The notes below the pieces were generated by a model that was not told where the DNA came from, did no database searches, and saw nothing but the letters and a program-made list of their open reading frames with translations. Shown in pieces: positions 46,404 through 57,207 of a stretch of 64,000 nt of DNA (positions within the stretch are counted from its first letter, which is position 1; each line of letters opens with the position of its first letter). Source of the DNA: an uncultured Candidatus Saccharibacteria bacterium (GTDB lineage: Bacteria; Patescibacteriota; Saccharimonadia; Saccharimonadales; UBA10212); assembly GCA_964585885.1 (NCBI GenBank), contig CAZPFQ010000001.1:67220-131219 (forward strand), written 5' to 3'. The translations under genes were made by a program, and so were the position numbers.

Positions 46404-46700
46404 TTAGCTCCTAGCCCCTTCTGTAGATTGTTGGGCCTTGGCCAACTTACCACCGTGCCCGCGGAATCTGCGCGTAGGCGAAAACTCTCCGAGCTTGTGG
46501 CCGACCATGTTTTCAGTTATGAAAACAGGCACGTGGACTTTACCGTTGTGAACCGCTATGGTCCGACCGACGAATTCCGGTGGGATCGTCGATGAGCGGG
46601 CCCACGTCTTAATAACGCTCCGGTCATCCTGAGCAAGCACGGCAACTTTGGCGGCTAGTTTCGGGTCAACGAATGGTCCCTTTTTTAGGCTACGGCTCAT
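46404..46700 (-). CDS. rpsS: 30S ribosomal protein uS19
   Basis: SLKKGPFVD start. Confidence 0.96.
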   Translation of the reverse strand: MSRSLKKGPFVDPKLAAKVAVLAQDDRSVIKTWARSSTIPPEFVGRTIAVHNGKVHVPVFITENMVGHKLGEFSPTRRFRGHGGKLAKAQQSTEGARS

Positions 46701-46703
46701 GGT

Positions 46704-47540
46704 TTATCTCCTCTTCCTCTGATGGCGGCTTCTTACAATAAATTTCGAGCTGGCTTTGCGCTTGCGGGTCTTGTAGCCAAGAGTTTTTTGACCCCATGGA
46801 GTTGTCGGAGGACGTGCCATTTTATGGCGGCCTCCGTCGCCACCGCCGTGTGGGTGATCGGCTGCAGCCATTACTACCCCTCTGACAGTCGGTCGGATAC
46901 CCATCCTACGACGACGGCCGGCTTTACCGTATTGAACGTTTTGGTGCTGTTCGTTGCCCACGACTCCGATAGACGCCATACACTCAATACTAAGCATTCT
47001 AACTTCGCCACTAGGCAACCTAACTTGGGCATACTTGCTCTCTTTAGCTACCAGCTGGGCGCTGGCCCCGGCAGTCCGTGCCAGTTGCGCGCCTCTACCA
47101 GGTATCATCTCGACACCATGTATTTGGGTACCAGCCGGAATATTCTTGAGCGGCAATCGGTTGCCCCGCTCGATCGGTCCCTCCTCAGCAGAGATTAACT
47201 TACTCCGAGGTTTCATGCCTTTGGCCGCCAAGACGTATCGGTGCACTCCCGAGTTATCTTTAATACGTGCAATACGTGCGCTACGATTGGGGTCGTACTC
47301 TATGTGTTCCACGGTTGCTTCGGTACCTGGCGCCAATTTAAAATCTACTACCCTGTAATAACGACGGGCGCCACCGCCTCGGTGTCTGGTTGTGATTCGT
47401 CCAGCATTGTTCCTGCCAACCGACCCCTTTTTTATGACGGTCAGGCTCTTAAGCGGTTTTTTTGACGTAACCTGGGCAAAATCTTGGCTGGTCATGCCGC
47501 GACGGGCAGCACTTGTCGGTTTGTGAATCTTTATAGCCAT
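46704..47540 (-). CDS. rplB: 50S ribosomal protein uL2
   Basis: GRNNAGRITTRHRGGG and HPHGGGDG blocks. Confidence 0.97.
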   Translation of the reverse strand: MAIKIHKPTSAARRGMTSQDFAQVTSKKPLKSLTVIKKGSVGRNNAGRITTRHRGGGARRYYRVVDFKLAPGTEATVEHIEYDPNRSARIARIKDNSGVHRYVLAAKGMKPRSKLISAEEGPIERGNRLPLKNIPAGTQIHGVEMIPGRGAQLARTAGASAQLVAKESKYAQVRLPSGEVRMLSIECMASIGVVGNEQHQNVQYGKAGRRRRMGIRPTVRGVVMAAADHPHGGGDGGRHKMARPPTTPWGQKTLGYKTRKRKASSKFIVRSRHQRKRR

Positions 47541-47950
47541 TATTTAGTTTCCTTTTCGGCTTTATTGCCATCTTCTACAGCGGCAAATATCGGTAATTTG
47601 CTACCTTGGGCTAGAGTCACATAGGCTTTTTTGGCTGGTGAAGTCTGCCCGCGATGAACAATCCTTCCACGACGTTGATAGGAACGGCGATTCTTCCGTG
47701 GCTGGTGTGCCGTTCTAACACTGTTAACTGTTACCTCAAATTGCAATGCTACTGCATCGGCTACGTCGTGGCGGCTACTACCGCTAGGGACTATGAATAT
47801 GTAAGTGTTTCGCTCTTCAGAAAGCGCATAGGCCTTCTCGCTCAAATGCGGTCGAAGCCTAAGCGTCTTTGCAGCCTCTCTGTAGCTTCGAGACGCTTTC
47901 TTCGTAGTTGCTACTGCCGGGCTTTTCCTTTTCTTAATTATGGCGTTCAT
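47540..47950 (-). CDS. rplW: 50S ribosomal protein uL23 with about 35-aa N-terminal extension
   Basis: L23 core (YIFIVPSGSSRHDVADAV) after a basic N-terminal tail. Confidence 0.92.
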   Translation of the reverse strand: MNAIIKKRKSPAVATTKKASRSYREAAKTLRLRPHLSEKAYALSEERNTYIFIVPSGSSRHDVADAVALQFEVTVNSVRTAHQPRKNRRSYQRRGRIVHRGQTSPAKKAYVTLAQGSKLPIFAAVEDGNKAEKETK

Positions 47951-48627
47951 TTATTAACCCCGCTCGGCGATTTTAGCGCCGTGTCGCTCGCTTGATCGGA
48001 CAAACGCTCGCCTAAGCGCACCAGTGCAGGCTTGCTGATAACAATTGCATCGGCGTTTAATACTCGGTAAACACTAAGATTTGCGGCCGTTGTCAGATTA
48101 ATTGTTGGCGCGTTCCTGACCGCCTGTATCAGTTTGGGATTAAGTTCATCAGTAACCAATAGTACTCCGCGCTCGATTTTTAATTTCTTTATGAGTGTTG
48201 CCGCGTCTTTGGTCTTACCGCTGGCTAAATCTAATTTATCTATTACCTTAATTCTGCCCTCAGTTGCAGACAACGACAGCGCCTGCCGCAAAGCTTGCCT
48301 CCGTACTTTAGCGCTTAGCCGGCTTTTGTAATTCTCGTTTCCGCTCGGGCCGAAAGCAACGCCACCCCCAGTCCAAATAGGGTTACGGCTCGAGCCGAAA
48401 CGGGCCCGACCAGTACCTTTTTGCCGCCACGGCTTCTGTCCTCCACCGCGAACTTCACCGCGCTTTTTTGTCTTTGCCAAGTTATCTCTGGTGTTGGACA
48501 AATAGGCTAGATAGGCTTCTTTTAGCAGAAGGTGGTTTTTGACTTCCACACCGAATACTTTCTTGTCCAGGTTTGCCGCAGTAGTCGACTTAGAGCCTGA
48601 TTTTGTGTACGTATCAACTGTCATCAC
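47947..48627 (-). CDS. rplD: 50S ribosomal protein uL4
   Basis: [16 protein letters not shown] block. Confidence 0.96.
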   Translation of the reverse strand: MMTVDTYTKSGSKSTTAANLDKKVFGVEVKNHLLLKEAYLAYLSNTRDNLAKTKKRGEVRGGGQKPWRQKGTGRARFGSSRNPIWTGGGVAFGPSGNENYKSRLSAKVRRQALRQALSLSATEGRIKVIDKLDLASGKTKDAATLIKKLKIERGVLLVTDELNPKLIQAVRNAPTINLTTAANLSVYRVLNADAIVISKPALVRLGERLSDQASDTALKSPSGVNK

Positions 48628-49238
48628 TCTGCCCCTCTGAGAACAACTAGGCCCTTGTTCGGTCCAGGAACCGCGCCCTCAATGCCTATTACGCCTATTT
48701 CGTTATCAACCAAGGCTACCCTTAGGTTCTTGGTGGTCACTTTCGTATGTCCCAGATGCCCGGCCATCTTTTTACCGGGAAAAATACGTTGCGGGTACAT
48801 AGAACCGATTGACCCGGGTCGCCGATAGCTACGGCCACCATGAGTTTTGCGGCCTCTGTGAAAATGATGCCGTTTGATAGTGCCGGCGAATCCCTTGCCT
48901 TTAGAAACTCCAGTTGCACTAACTTTATCTTCAACATCAAAAATGTCGGCACCTATTTGGTCGCCGACACTCATTTCAATCATTGCGTCTTTATTAATTC
49001 GAATCTCTCGGGCAATCTTTGGCGCGACTTTAGCGGCCTTATAGTGCCCCTTTTGGGCTTTTCCGAGCTTCTTGTTTTGCTCGGCGCCGACTTGGACGGC
49101 CGTGTAACCGTCAATCTCGGTTGTCTTTATCTGGGTAATAGTATTAGGCTGGGCCGAAAGAAGGGTAATCGCAATAGCTGCACCATCCTCGTTTAGGATG
49201 CTGGTCATACCGATTTTGCGGGTGATAAGGGCTTTCAC
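48624..49238 (-). CDS. rplC: 50S ribosomal protein uL3
   Basis: GTG start; KALITRKIGMTS N-terminus. Confidence 0.96.
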   Translation of the reverse strand: MKALITRKIGMTSILNEDGAAIAITLLSAQPNTITQIKTTEIDGYTAVQVGAEQNKKLGKAQKGHYKAAKVAPKIAREIRINKDAMIEMSVGDQIGADIFDVEDKVSATGVSKGKGFAGTIKRHHFHRGRKTHGGRSYRRPGSIGSMYPQRIFPGKKMAGHLGHTKVTTKNLRVALVDNEIGVIGIEGAVPGPNKGLVVLRGAE

Positions 49239-49323
49239 CAGTGTTTTCCTTTGTGCTATTGCCGATTAATATTAACTTCATAAATATATGAATAGATACC
49301 GCCTCAAATGGTGTATCACTAAC

Positions 49324-49353
49324 AGATTACCACGAACTTACCAAAGGTGTCAA
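49324..49353 (-). promoter_or_regulatory. promoter-like TTGACA-18-TAATCT inside the rpsJ-rplC spacer
   Basis: Read on the minus strand. Both hexamers overlap the arms of the 8-bp inverted repeat AACAGATT/AATCTGTT (49321-49328, 49352-49359). Confidence 0.35.
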
Positions 49354-49372
49354 TCTGTTGCTAAATTTACAA

Positions 49373-49705
49373 TTACATTTTGATTTCGGCATCGCAGCCG
49401 GCGGGCAGTGACAGATTCATCAGCGAGTCTATAGTCTTGGGTGTCGGGTCGGAAATGTCTATTAAACGCTTGTGGACGCGCATTTCAAACTGTTCGCGTC
49501 CTTTTTTATAGACGTGCGGGCTTTTTATTACCGTGAAGGTGCTTTTTTTGGTCGGTAAAGGAATCGGCCCGGAAATATTGGCGCCGGTTCTAAGTGCCGT
49601 CTCTACAATCTGCTTAGCCGATTGGTCTATGACCTTATGGTCATAGGCTTTGAGGCGGATCCTTATCCGTTGTTTTATTTCGGGTTCTTTTTTGGCTTCA
49701 GCCAT
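49373..49705 (-). CDS. rpsJ: 30S ribosomal protein uS10
   Basis: [15 protein letters not shown] block; 4 nt after tuf. Confidence 0.96.
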   Translation of the reverse strand: MAEAKKEPEIKQRIRIRLKAYDHKVIDQSAKQIVETALRTGANISGPIPLPTKKSTFTVIKSPHVYKKGREQFEMRVHKRLIDISDPTPKTIDSLMNLSLPAGCDAEIKM

Positions 49706-49709
49706 GCAT

Positions 49710-50891
<1,182 letters not shown>

Positions 50892-50966
50892 TTTTCTCTC
50901 CTTGATCGCTTATTGGTAAATAATTTTACACGAGTAATAAGAACCACCCATGCAGTTATGCGCAAC

Positions 50967-50996
50967 ATTATAGGTTAAACTTAGCCTCTTTGTAAA
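50967..50996 (-). promoter_or_regulatory. sigma70-like promoter, TTTACA-18-TATAAT, for tuf
   Basis: Read on the minus strand, about 75 nt upstream of the tuf ATG, which has an AAGGAGAG Shine-Dalgarno. Confidence 0.5.
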
Positions 50997-51003
50997 GGGT
51001 GAC

Positions 51004-51324
51004 TTAGGTGTCTTTTGGGCCTAGGAAAATCTCTTCCATGGCGTCGATGTCGGGTTCTTCTAGGTCAATCATAGTGAGGTCAAAATTAGGATGTTCCCCG
51101 TTAGTTTGAGAAATCTCCCCTTTGAACTGGGGATGCTGATTGTTGTTAGAGTTCAGCAGACCAATCGCAATTCCGTTAGATGCCTGATCTAAGATTACGT
51201 AGGCCTCCGCCCGGTTTTCATCCTTTGAACGAATGTAGTGAACCAGCATTTCGGCGGCTACTAGTGCAGCTGCCGCTATAGCAACTCTCTTCAATCTCTC
51301 TTTATGTTCGGGCGTAAGCTCCAC
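51004..51324 (-). CDS. hypothetical small protein (N-terminal hydrophobic helix, acidic C-terminus)
   Basis: 106-aa ORF; its GTG start lies 2 nt after the GT4 stop (translational coupling geometry). No family recognised. Confidence 0.5.
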   Translation of the reverse strand: MELTPEHKERLKRVAIAAAALVAAEMLVHYIRSKDENRAEAYVILDQASNGIAIGLLNSNNNQHPQFKGEISQTNGEHPNFDLTMIDLEEPDIDAMEEIFLGPKDT

Positions 51325-51326
51325 GG

Positions 51327-52532
51327 CTATTTCTTCTTCTTTAAGTTTATCGGATGTTTCAGCTTTTTTCTTGTTTCTCCGAGCAGAGATGTGCTTGGAA
51401 TAACCTTACCCTGCGCATCACGCTCCCAAATGGCTTCTAACTCGCGCTTACTCTTGTCAGCCATCCTCTGTATTCGTTTTTCTTCGCGCTCGCGTATTTT
51501 AAATATTCTTAGTACGCGGTTATAGGCACGGAGATACTGACGAGTCATTACTCGATAATTGAAAAGGCGTTGAGCCCGCTTAGCAATATATTCTCGGTCC
51601 ATTTCGAAGCACTCTTCTATTTGGTGATAGCCTTCGACGAAGTCTTCAACTAAAAGGCCGGTTTTACTCTCTTCAATAAGCTCTGGCATCGAGCCGCGCG
51701 CTATGGCCATCGTCGGGGTGCCGCTGTAAGCAGCCTCTAAAATTGTCAATCCGAAGGGCTCGCGAAAACCGGTCGGGTGGAGATTTAGCCGGGCACGACC
51801 GAGCAAACGGTTTGTTTCCTTGGCGTTTGTTTCACCAAAATATTCTACCAGCGGATGCTTCAAGTATTTTTTTACTTCTGTTTTGAAATAATCCTCTCCT
51901 AGAAAGTCGATTTTTCCGGCAACTTTTATCTTAATGCCGTAATTTATCGCCAGTTCTATAGCCAGATGTGGGTTTTTCTCACGGTCCATCCGCCCAACGA
52001 AAGTAACGTAATCGTCAGGGTTTTTAACAAACGGGAAGTCTAACGGGTCTTCGCCGTTATAGACCACGCCGACCCACTGGAGATCCGGGTAGGCTTCTTG
52101 TTGATTTTTCGATATCGAAGCGAAGAAAAGCCCCTTACGCTGCGTATAGTATTTCAGTTGGTTGAAAGTTATAGGGCCGTGGATAGTCGTTAGGTTAGGA
52201 AAGTCTTCAAACTCGCGAAGGTCAAAATCATGAGCATGAATAAAATCAATCTCCGATTCTAGCTCTTTGAGCTTCTCTACGGTGTATTTCCTAATCCGTT
52301 GGACTTCAGCGTCAAAAGCCGGTTTTTCACTCTGAGTTTTGGGGAAGAATATATGTTTATCAACTATAGGAACCAGCCGGCAGCCTGGTTTTGAATCACC
52401 TGGGCCAAGTAGAATCGGTTCGTGTCCGGTTTCTTTAAGTCCTTTTATTAGATTGGCAATCACGCGCTCAGTTCCACCGTATTTAACAGGCGGCACGGGG
52501 ATGTAGGGGCTACCAACAATAGCGATTTTCAT
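51327..52532 (-). CDS. GT4 (GT-B) glycosyltransferase with basic coiled C-terminal tail
   Basis: MKIAIVGSPYIPVPPVKYGGTERV start and EPFGLTILEAAYSGTP E-x7-E block. Confidence 0.85.
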   Translation of the reverse strand: MKIAIVGSPYIPVPPVKYGGTERVIANLIKGLKETGHEPILLGPGDSKPGCRLVPIVDKHIFFPKTQSEKPAFDAEVQRIRKYTVEKLKELESEIDFIHAHDFDLREFEDFPNLTTIHGPITFNQLKYYTQRKGLFFASISKNQQEAYPDLQWVGVVYNGEDPLDFPFVKNPDDYVTFVGRMDREKNPHLAIELAINYGIKIKVAGKIDFLGEDYFKTEVKKYLKHPLVEYFGETNAKETNRLLGRARLNLHPTGFREPFGLTILEAAYSGTPTMAIARGSMPELIEESKTGLLVEDFVEGYHQIEECFEMDREYIAKRAQRLFNYRVMTRQYLRAYNRVLRIFKIREREEKRIQRMADKSKRELEAIWERDAQGKVIPSTSLLGETRKKLKHPINLKKKK

Positions 52533-52535
52533 GGC

Positions 52536-54068
52536 CTAAAAGTGCTCCCTGGTCAGCTCGTATGGATAGTCTGGATACCTGGCATTCAGCGTCAAGGTCG
52601 TTTTATATCTTGCCACTTTGGGGATGTGAGCCAAGACGTTAATTTCGGTATCGACTTGCCATTGTTGCTGTTTGACCCTGCCAAAGCGCAGGCCCGGACG
52701 GCGATCTGCTAAGATAGTTAAAATTGCTGACACGGTCCATGCTTGGATGCTTTCCGGTACATTTGTACTTCGCACTAATATTGCATGGGTGTGCCTATGG
52801 GCCGTCGATGACGAGCCTAGTACACGCCCGCGGGCGTCGACATACAAAAACTCTGGGTATCCGCGGCTTTTACGTACCACGTTAAGTAGGCGATTTTCCA
52901 GTTGCTTAGCAAGCTGCGGAAAGCCTTGGCGCCTTAGTCCTTTAGCAATATCGAAAGTCTCTTTTGGCCAGCTGACATAGCTGCCGTGATAGTCCCAAAA
53001 AGGAACCAAGCTAGCCTCGCTCAAGCCACGGCTCCTTACTCCTGCATCAGTTAAAAATTCCGTCCCCATAATGTTTCTAGTGATTCCGCCAATATACTTC
53101 TTCTTTTCGGACATCTCTAGCTCATCAAAGAAGCGGCTATTAAGCAGCGCGGCGGGGTTGGCCGTGTGGGTTCTAATAAGACGCAGCCGACCATCCTGGT
53201 CATAGTCCGCTCCAAGAGCGAAATAATCTTTGGAAGGCTGCCATAATAGTTCGAGTGTACGGTTGCGTAAAGCGTGTGCTGTTTTAATCAGTTTGTCCGC
53301 CCGATCGGGTAATAAATCTGCCGCCGCCACTAGAGCATCATACGCTAGTCCCTGTACCTCAATGGAGGAAACCGGCCGTGAATGATTAACAAAACGCCCG
53401 TTTTCATGAATGTAGAACTCTTTTGAATCTTTCCAAGCTTGATTCTTGATACCTTCGTGGTTGTGGGCGTGATATTCCAAAAGGCCGCTTTGCGAATGCG
53501 ACAGTTTTGTCTCAAGCCAGGCAAGCGCATCAACTACGCTTTGCAATACCGTTACATCTTGTCCGTCTTGACGCTTAATTTTTCGCCAGAGAATCCTTGG
53601 TCCATAAAAATCACAGTATTCCCCTATGGCCCGTATATACTGCGGCGTCGAATCTACTGAGCCATAGTAAATGAGTGTTTTTTTATCCCCGCCCCAACGA
53701 CTGCTGAGAGTTTCAAAGATCTCCAAAGGTGTCCCACTTAAAGGCCGCCCATCGACGGTCTTTGTTCGGTACTCATGAATAATTTTTCCCGGCTCTTCTT
53801 CGTTGGCGCTACGATGTTCGATCCCTTGGAAAGTCGCGAGCATTATCAAAATCCGCTTAACCAGCTGAGGCCTGAGCGTCATTAAATCTTCGGCTACTAC
53901 TAGTGAATCACGACCAAAAACGGCACCTTTAAACAGTCGGTCAGAGCTGGCATAGACTCCTTTGCCAGTTCTTGATATCACCGTCCGAAGCGCCAAGCTA
54001 GGTGGCAACATAAATTTCGGCTTCTTCAGAAGTAGCCCGAGGGCCTTATGGACTGCGATTTTTACCAT
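52536..54068 (-). CDS. amylo-alpha-1,6-glucosidase (GDE_C) family (alpha/alpha)6-barrel glycoside hydrolase
   Basis: FGRDSLVVAEDL, EEPGKIIHEY, NQAWKDS and IEVQGLAYDA blocks typical of bacterial/archaeal GDE_C proteins. Confidence 0.7.
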   Translation of the reverse strand: MVKIAVHKALGLLLKKPKFMLPPSLALRTVISRTGKGVYASSDRLFKGAVFGRDSLVVAEDLMTLRPQLVKRILIMLATFQGIEHRSANEEEPGKIIHEYRTKTVDGRPLSGTPLEIFETLSSRWGGDKKTLIYYGSVDSTPQYIRAIGEYCDFYGPRILWRKIKRQDGQDVTVLQSVVDALAWLETKLSHSQSGLLEYHAHNHEGIKNQAWKDSKEFYIHENGRFVNHSRPVSSIEVQGLAYDALVAAADLLPDRADKLIKTAHALRNRTLELLWQPSKDYFALGADYDQDGRLRLIRTHTANPAALLNSRFFDELEMSEKKKYIGGITRNIMGTEFLTDAGVRSRGLSEASLVPFWDYHGSYVSWPKETFDIAKGLRRQGFPQLAKQLENRLLNVVRKSRGYPEFLYVDARGRVLGSSSTAHRHTHAILVRSTNVPESIQAWTVSAILTILADRRPGLRFGRVKQQQWQVDTEINVLAHIPKVARYKTTLTLNARYPDYPYELTREHF

Positions 54069-54183
54069 GCGTTCATCATTGCCTCATTACCAGTATTATT
54101 TTACATATATTTAGCAGCCACGGCTTTAGGAAAAATTACAAAATACCGGCAATGGCCAAAAATTTAGCTTACTTGGAGCCTGT

Positions 54184-56271
54184 CTATTTAGCCGATTTTG
54201 AAATAATTGATTCGGCAACATTCGGTGGAACATCAGCATAATGATCAAGCTCCATCGTACTGGAGGCTCGGCCCTGCGTCATGCTCCGAAGATTGGTGGT
54301 ATAACCGAACATTTCGCCTAATGGCACAAAGGCCGTAATCTGCTTAATCCCCGGACTGAGGTCTTCCATCAACTCTACTCTGCCTCTCTTGGAGTTTAAG
54401 TCGCCAATTACATCTCCCATAAAGTCCTCGGGAGTAATCGCTACAATCTTCATAATGGGTTCCAGTATCACCGGAGAGGCATTTTTAACAGCTTCTTGCA
54501 GCGCCATACTGCCGGCTATCTTGAACGCTACTTCCGATGAATCGACATCATGAAAACTGCCGTCGAAAAGTTCGACTTTGACATCCACTACTGGGTAGCC
54601 CGCGATAACACCATTAGCTAGAGCCTCTTCCACTCCTGAACGCACGGCCGGAATAAATTCTGTCGGTATGGAGGCACCTCTGATACTGTTGGTGAACTCG
54701 AAGCCTTCGCCAGCTTCGTTTTGCGATACACGCAACACGGCGTGGCCATACTGACCTCGACCGCCGGTTTGTCTAATATATTTGCCTTCGGCTTCCACTC
54801 CGTCTTTCCGAATGGTCTCACGATAAGCCACTTGCGGCTGGCCAACGTTGGCTTCAACGCTAAATTCTCGTTTCATACGATCGACGATAATCTCCAGATG
54901 TAACTCGCCCATGCCAGAAATAATAGTTTGGCCAGTTTCGTGATCTACTTTAATACGGAATGTCGGATCTTCTTCGGCTAGACGAGCTAGCGCCGTACTC
55001 ATTTTCTCTTGATCGGCTTTGGTCTTCGGCTCAATGGCGATACTCACCGGCGGTTCTGGAAAATGGATACTTTCCAAAATTATCGGGTGGGTCGGGTCGC
55101 ACAAGGTGTTGCCTGTAGTGGTACCCTTAAGCCCGACTATGGCCGCAATGTCTCCGGCCTCTACTTCGTCTACATCCTCTCGTTTGTCGGCATGAAGCCT
55201 AACTATCCGTCCAATACGCTCACGCTCACCCGTGGAGCTGTTTAGTATGTAGCTACCGGCTTTAACTTTGCCCGAATAGGCCCTAAAAAATGCCAGTTTT
55301 CCTACAAAAGTATCAGCCGAAATCTTGAAGGCCAACGCCGCAAACGGTTCTGCCGGATCTGGTTTGCGCTCAATCTGATCGCCAGTCTTTGGGTCTGTAC
55401 CCCAAGTACTTTCTCGGTCTAGTGGGCTGGGTAGAAAGTTGTTCACCGCGTCGAGTAGTTTTTCAACTATAACGCCGCGGCCGTCACCGCCGCTAACTGC
55501 GAAAAACTTACCGGTTAGTACCGCTGAGCGGATAGCTTGGCGGATTTCAACTTCAGACAAGCCTTCTTCGCCCACTTCTAGATATTTCTCCAGTAGTTTT
55601 TCGTCTTCGGTCACCGAGTTTTCAATTAGGAGGCTGCGGTATTTTTTGGCCTTTTCTAACATATCCTCAGGAATCTCGCCCTCAACAAGTTCTTTGTCGG
55701 AGAATTCTTTATACGTATAGCTCCTCATGGCTATAAGGTCTACGACACCGCTAATTGATTGCTCAAAACCGATTGGCAAGTGGATGGGAAAAGCGTGCTT
55801 GTTTAGTCGTTGGTGTATAGAGTCGAGACTTTTGTAAAAATCGCCGCCGGTCTGGTTGATTTTGTTTATGAAGCAGATCCTAGGGACACCGTATCTGTCG
55901 GCTTGGCGCCAAACAGTTTCGGACTGGCTTTCAACACCCATTTTGCCGTCGAATACCACGACAGCGCCATCGAGTACGCGCAGTGAACGCTCAACTTCAA
56001 CGGTAAAGTCGATATGTCCAGGCGTGTCGATAATATTAATTTTGTGGTCTCTCCAATAGCAAGTTACTGCGGCAGCGGTTATGGTTATGCCTCGTTCTTT
56101 TTCCTGGGCCATCCAGTCGGTGGTAGTCTCACCCTCATGCACGGCTCCAATTTTGTGCTTGAGGCCAGTGCGATAGAGAATCCCCTCAGTGGTAGTAGTC
56201 TTACCGGCATCGATGTGAGCAATGATGCCGATATTCCTAACTCGCTCCAGGGGGTATTTTTTATCTGCCAT
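54184..56271 (-). CDS. fusA: elongation factor G
   Basis: [20 protein letters not shown] motifs; 695 aa. Confidence 0.98.
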   Translation of the reverse strand: MADKKYPLERVRNIGIIAHIDAGKTTTTEGILYRTGLKHKIGAVHEGETTTDWMAQEKERGITITAAAVTCYWRDHKINIIDTPGHIDFTVEVERSLRVLDGAVVVFDGKMGVESQSETVWRQADRYGVPRICFINKINQTGGDFYKSLDSIHQRLNKHAFPIHLPIGFEQSISGVVDLIAMRSYTYKEFSDKELVEGEIPEDMLEKAKKYRSLLIENSVTEDEKLLEKYLEVGEEGLSEVEIRQAIRSAVLTGKFFAVSGGDGRGVIVEKLLDAVNNFLPSPLDRESTWGTDPKTGDQIERKPDPAEPFAALAFKISADTFVGKLAFFRAYSGKVKAGSYILNSSTGERERIGRIVRLHADKREDVDEVEAGDIAAIVGLKGTTTGNTLCDPTHPIILESIHFPEPPVSIAIEPKTKADQEKMSTALARLAEEDPTFRIKVDHETGQTIISGMGELHLEIIVDRMKREFSVEANVGQPQVAYRETIRKDGVEAEGKYIRQTGGRGQYGHAVLRVSQNEAGEGFEFTNSIRGASIPTEFIPAVRSGVEEALANGVIAGYPVVDVKVELFDGSFHDVDSSEVAFKIAGSMALQEAVKNASPVILEPIMKIVAITPEDFMGDVIGDLNSKRGRVELMEDLSPGIKQITAFVPLGEMFGYTTNLRSMTQGRASSTMELDHYADVPPNVAESIISKSAK

Positions 56272-56302
56272 TAGACATTTCTCACTAGCTTTAGCTTAGC
56301 CA

Positions 56303-56782
56303 TTAATTCCTGGCGAAGTGGGCGAAAGCCCGGTTGGCTTCGGCCATTTTATGAGTGTCTTCTCTCTTTTTAACCGCAGATCCCGTGCTGTTATAAGCGT
56401 CCACAAGTTCCGCTGCAAGCCTGTCTTCCATACTCATGCCCTTACGTCCACGCGCGGCTTCGACGAGCCACATTACAGTCAAGTGTTGCTGACGCTGGCC
56501 TTTAACTTCGAAAGGGATTTGATAGTTAGCCCCGCCGACCCTTCGCGAACGCGTCTCCATATGCGGCTGTATATTTTTTAGGGCCTGCTCAAACAGCTCC
56601 AGAGGGTTTTGAACCTTCAGTTTGTTGGCTGATTTTTGCATAGCGCCATAAACCAATCTCTCTGACATTTCTTTTTTGCCTTCTACCATTACGCGGTTAA
56701 TAAGCTTGGTAACTTGCTTACTGTTATACATCCGGTCTGGCTCTACTTCTCGAACTAGGCTTTTGGTTTTGTGGCGGGGCAT
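56303..56782 (-). CDS. rpsG: 30S ribosomal protein uS7
   Basis: S7-type ORF between rpsL and fusA. Confidence 0.96.
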   Translation of the reverse strand: MPRHKTKSLVREVEPDRMYNSKQVTKLINRVMVEGKKEMSERLVYGAMQKSANKLKVQNPLELFEQALKNIQPHMETRSRRVGGANYQIPFEVKGQRQQHLTVMWLVEAARGRKGMSMEDRLAAELVDAYNSTGSAVKKREDTHKMAEANRAFAHFARN

Positions 56783-57192
56783 TATTTGGCCTTCTTAGCG
56801 CCGTATTTGCTACGGCCCTTCTTACGACTCTGAACACCTTGAAGGTCTAAATGCCCTCGCACGATATGATAACGCACGCCAGGTAAATCTTTGACTCGTC
56901 CGCCTCTAACCAACACAACGGCGTGCTCTTGAAGGTTGTGCCCCTCGCCCCCGATATATGCCCATACTTCGTGGCCGTTTGTTAGCCGAACTCGGGCCAC
57001 TTTACGAAGCGCAGAATTAGGTTTCTTGGGAGTTTTGGTAGTCACACGAATACATACCCCGCGTTTGAAAGGCGACGACTTGTCATAGCTTACGGTCTTT
57101 AAATTATTAACTACTCGGTCTAGAGCCGGTGAGCCCGGTTTTTTGCCGGTTTTTGAACGCGGCTTGCGAATTAACTGATTAACTGTTGGCAT
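56782..57192 (-). CDS. rpsL: 30S ribosomal protein uS12
   Basis: PTVNQLIRK start, KKPNSALRK and [14 protein letters not shown] blocks. Confidence 0.97.
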   Translation of the reverse strand: MPTVNQLIRKPRSKTGKKPGSPALDRVVNNLKTVSYDKSSPFKRGVCIRVTTKTPKKPNSALRKVARVRLTNGHEVWAYIGGEGHNLQEHAVVLVRGGRVKDLPGVRYHIVRGHLDLQGVQSRKKGRSKYGAKKAK

Positions 57193-57207
57193 TGGCGTGA
57201 AATTTTA

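Noticed and set aside
56782-57192. 13-residue insertion in S12 relative to E. coli ([26 protein letters not shown]).
   Set aside because: A comparable insertion is present in Gram-positive S12 as I recall it (B. subtilis [27 protein letters not shown]). This is ordinary lineage variation.
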